Assembly (NCBI GenBank): GCA_046349995.1
Contig: JAXMBE010000046.1
Span: 2,810-66,809 of the forward strand
Direction: 5' to 3'
From: Isosphaeraceae bacterium
GTDB lineage: Bacteria; Planctomycetota; Planctomycetia; Isosphaerales; Isosphaeraceae
DNA: 64,000 nt
Position numbers and translations under genes: made by a program. Each line of letters begins with the position of its first letter. Positions within the stretch are counted from its first letter, which is position 1. Under the pieces are notes generated by a model. The model saw only the letters and a program-made list of their open reading frames with translations. It did no database searches and was not told the DNA's origin. Below, piece by piece: positions 61,495-64,000 of the stretch.

Positions 61495-61528
61495 CAGGAC
61501 GCGGCGAGACGCTGCTCGCCGCGTCCTG
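61495..61528. terminator. Perfect 14-bp hairpin between convergent genes
   Basis: CAGGACGCGGCGAG-acgctg-CTCGCCGCGTCCTG. Confidence 0.65.
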
Positions 61529-61568
61529 ATCTTCGCGGGTACCGTCGGGATGCTCCATGCTCCTGCCG

Positions 61569-62276
61569 TCAGATGGCCGAGCGGCCGAGGGAACGTCGGC
61601 GGACGGCGACGATGCCGACGCCGGCCAGGCCGATCGCGGACAGGACGATCGAGGAGGGCTCGGGGATCGCGCCGACGCCTGAGATCCGGATCTGCCGGAG
61701 GTCGGCGTACGACCCCTGGGTGGGCGTGATCTCCACCGAGGTCAGGAGCCAGCCGTCGGTCGCCAGGACTGTATAGAAGTTGGAGCCGTTCGCGAGGGTC
61801 AGGGGGTTGTCGTCGGAATCGGTCGTGAACGTCTCGCTGACCACGTTGCCGTCTGCGTCGAGGCCATTGAGGGTGATCTCGAGGGTGCCGTCCTCTCCGA
61901 TACCGCCGCCGATGAAGGCGTTGAAGATCAGGTCCCTGAAGAAGATAGAGGGAGAGGCAAATGCAACCGTGATTGCGGCATCGATGGCCACCTGGTCGGA
62001 ATCGATGTCGTCGCTCTCACGCGCCTCGACGCGGGCCTGGCCATTCGAGGGAGCCACGAGGAACTGGCTCGGCGAGGTGAAGTTCACCACGTCGCCGGAT
62101 TGGTTGGTGGTGCCACTGATCGTCAGTCCGACCTGATCATTGTTCAATAGGACGTTCTGCTCATCCGGCTCGGGGTTGTTCCCGCTGAGGACGATGAAAC
62201 CCGCACGGGCCGGTGTCAAGCTCAGGCCTAGAAAGACGGCGGCGGCGAGCAGCGGGTAGGCCAGGTGTTTTCTCAT
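61569..62276 (-). CDS. PEP-CTERM sorting domain protein
   Basis: Signal peptide; IPEPSSIVL + TM + RRR. Confidence 0.92.
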   Translation of the reverse strand: MRKHLAYPLLAAAVFLGLSLTPARAGFIVLSGNNPEPDEQNVLLNNDQVGLTISGTTNQSGDVVNFTSPSQFLVAPSNGQARVEARESDDIDSDQVAIDAAITVAFASPSIFFRDLIFNAFIGGGIGEDGTLEITLNGLDADGNVVSETFTTDSDDNPLTLANGSNFYTVLATDGWLLTSVEITPTQGSYADLRQIRISGVGAIPEPSSIVLSAIGLAGVGIVAVRRRSLGRSAI

Positions 62277-63231
62277 GATGACTCCGTTAGGCATCGGCGG
62301 TGGAGAGACGGTCCGCTTAGTCCATTTCTGAGGATCAGAGCGACAATGTGAACGATACCGGAGATAATTGATTCAACGATCGTGCGTCAAGATCGGTCAT
62401 TACAAGAGGTGAAAAACTACGACGCCATGGGGCAAGAATGATGCGTCATTTCACCAAGCATGGACGATATTGCTATTTATTGCATGTTCTATGGTCGTGT
62501 GGCCATAAGCCGAAGCGCTTCCAGAATAGGGATTTACTACGTCCAAGGATGCCCTTGAAGCGCGCGAGAATTAATGGAAATTAATTAATTGGCGTTCAGC
62601 TTTATCTGTCCTTCCAGGCTCGCGACTCGGAGTGTAGCGTAATCTGGCTGTATTTGATGTCCCCGGACGAAGACTCTTTTTTTGAAACAAATAGAAAACC
62701 AGATTCGCTTTTGATAGCTTCCTCGACACCTGAGAAAGGAAACGTTCGACTGCCGAGATTGTCGGTGTCCCAGAGCAGTTCGCTTCCGAGGATCCCGGGC
62801 ATCCTGCACGGGTATCGGTCCTCGCCGTCGCTTCGCTCGTGAGGGTGTCCCGAGGTTTGAGAGTCAGGCCGTTCGGGAGTGAGGGCACTCCGGTCGGTTA
62901 GCCGGGGGTCGTGCCGACCCTGTGCCGGTGGTGAACTCCGGAGGCTGTGGCTCGAGTGGACCGAACCGGTGGATAACCTCAGGTGTCTCTCAAGTAGACG
63001 GCGACCACCGAGTGATCTCCGGCGCTCGCCCGGGACCGGGCTTGTCGTGGGGTTCGCGTGCAGAGAGCGGTTCCGGATCGAGTCTGCCGGAGAGAAGTGC
63101 TGCGGTGAGGCGTTGTTTTCGGCCGATTTTGTTCGTTGACGGAGATGCCGAGGGGCCCTAGAATTCGGCGGGTTGCATTCCGCTCCCCGCAGGATCCCTT
63201 TCTCCATACGGAAACGAGGGTTACACCCACT

Positions 63232-64000
63232 TTGATCGATCTACGACGCACCGAGCGGATGGGGCGTTCCGAGCGTGCGATTCTCGTCGGCGTGATCCTC
63301 CCCGATCACGACGCGAGCCGGGACGACCCGCTGGATGAGATCCGAGGCCTGGCGGAGACGGCGGGCCTCCTGGTGGTCGGGACGATGCTCCAGAAGCGGC
63401 AGCACGTCGATATCTCCACCTATATCGGTTCGGGGAAGGTCGAGGAGCTCAAGGAACTCGTCGCCGCGCACGAGGCCGACGTCGTGGTCTTCGACAACGA
63501 CCTGGGCCCCGCCCAGACCAGGAACCTGGAGAAGACGCTCGAGGTGAAGGTCGTGGACCGCACCGAGGTGATCCTCGACATCTTCGCCACCCACGCGCGG
63601 ACCCACGAGGCGCACCTCCAGGTGGAACTCGCCCAGCTCGAGTACGCCATGCCTCGGCTGAAGCGGATGTGGACCCACCTGTCCCGATACAAGGGGGGCA
63701 TCGGCGTCCGCGGCCCCGGCGAGAAGCAGCTCGAGGAGGACCGTCGTCTCGTCGGCCACCGGATCCAGGAGCTGAAGGCCAAGCTCTCGAAGATCCAGGC
63801 CCGCAAGGAGCGTGAGGTCGCCGCCCGCGGCGACATGCCGACCATCTCGCTGGTCGGCTACACCAACGCGGGGAAAAGCACCCTCATGAATGCGCTCACG
63901 GACGCCGGTGTGCTCGTCGAGGACAAGCTCTTCGCCACGCTGGACACCCGGACTCGCAAGTGGCGGTTCCAGGGCGGCGGCCAGGCCCTCCTGTCGGATA
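63232..64000 (+). CDS. hflX: GTPase HflX (3'-partial)
   Basis: Translated by hand from TTG 63232: YIGSGKVEE, ILDIFA, LQVELAQLEY, GPGEKQLE, VGYTNAGKSTL, LFATLD; absent from the ORF track because it runs off the window. Confidence 0.96.
   Translation, partial: MIDLRRTERMGRSERAILVGVILPDHDASRDDPLDEIRGLAETAGLLVVGTMLQKRQHVDISTYIGSGKVEELKELVAAHEADVVVFDNDLGPAQTRNLEKTLEVKVVDRTEVILDIFATHARTHEAHLQVELAQLEYAMPRLKRMWTHLSRYKGGIGVRGPGEKQLEEDRRLVGHRIQELKAKLSKIQARKEREVAARGDMPTISLVGYTNAGKSTLMNALTDAGVLVEDKLFATLDTRTRKWRFQGGGQALLSD

Noticed and set aside
62920-62960. GGTGAACTCC resembling a cobalamin riboswitch element
   Set aside because: Lacks the upstream GGGAA, the GCAACTGT segment and the B12 box
1-64000. 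CRISPR arrays, tRNA/rRNA, prophage or defence systems
   Set aside because: No spaced repeats, cloverleaf signatures or hallmark genes were noticed by eye; Uma2 alone is a common multicopy family

Overview
High-GC bacterial chromosome segment. Gene content (LEPR-XLL, TIGR03067-like, CRTAC1/ASPIC-UnbV, PEP-CTERM, ISAzo13 remnant, Pro-rich BamA) points to a planctomycete, probably Isosphaeraceae-like. All family assignments come from motifs recognised by eye, not database searches. Housekeeping genes (bamA, truB, miaA, korAB, NDH-2, partial hflX) are mixed with typical planctomycete accessory genes. Several frameshifts (1-2.4 kb, ~14.37 kb, ~36.65 kb) look like long-read indels. The main finding is a candidate sulfur-homeostasis locus at 32.5-36.4 kb. 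It holds a 153-aa protein with 40 Met and 27 Cys (~44% sulfur amino acids) and an internal 2-fold repeat. That gene is flanked by two Rrf2 regulators with CymR-like LDWxI C-termini, a small ORF and a sulfur-poor sulfatase. A recurring 22-bp palindromic box lies upstream of each unit. Other points: a tandem DAC-like protein, duplicated 7-heme cytochrome-TPR genes with identical patches, a Cys-less DUF59 fusion, and a possible structured RNA upstream of hflX.
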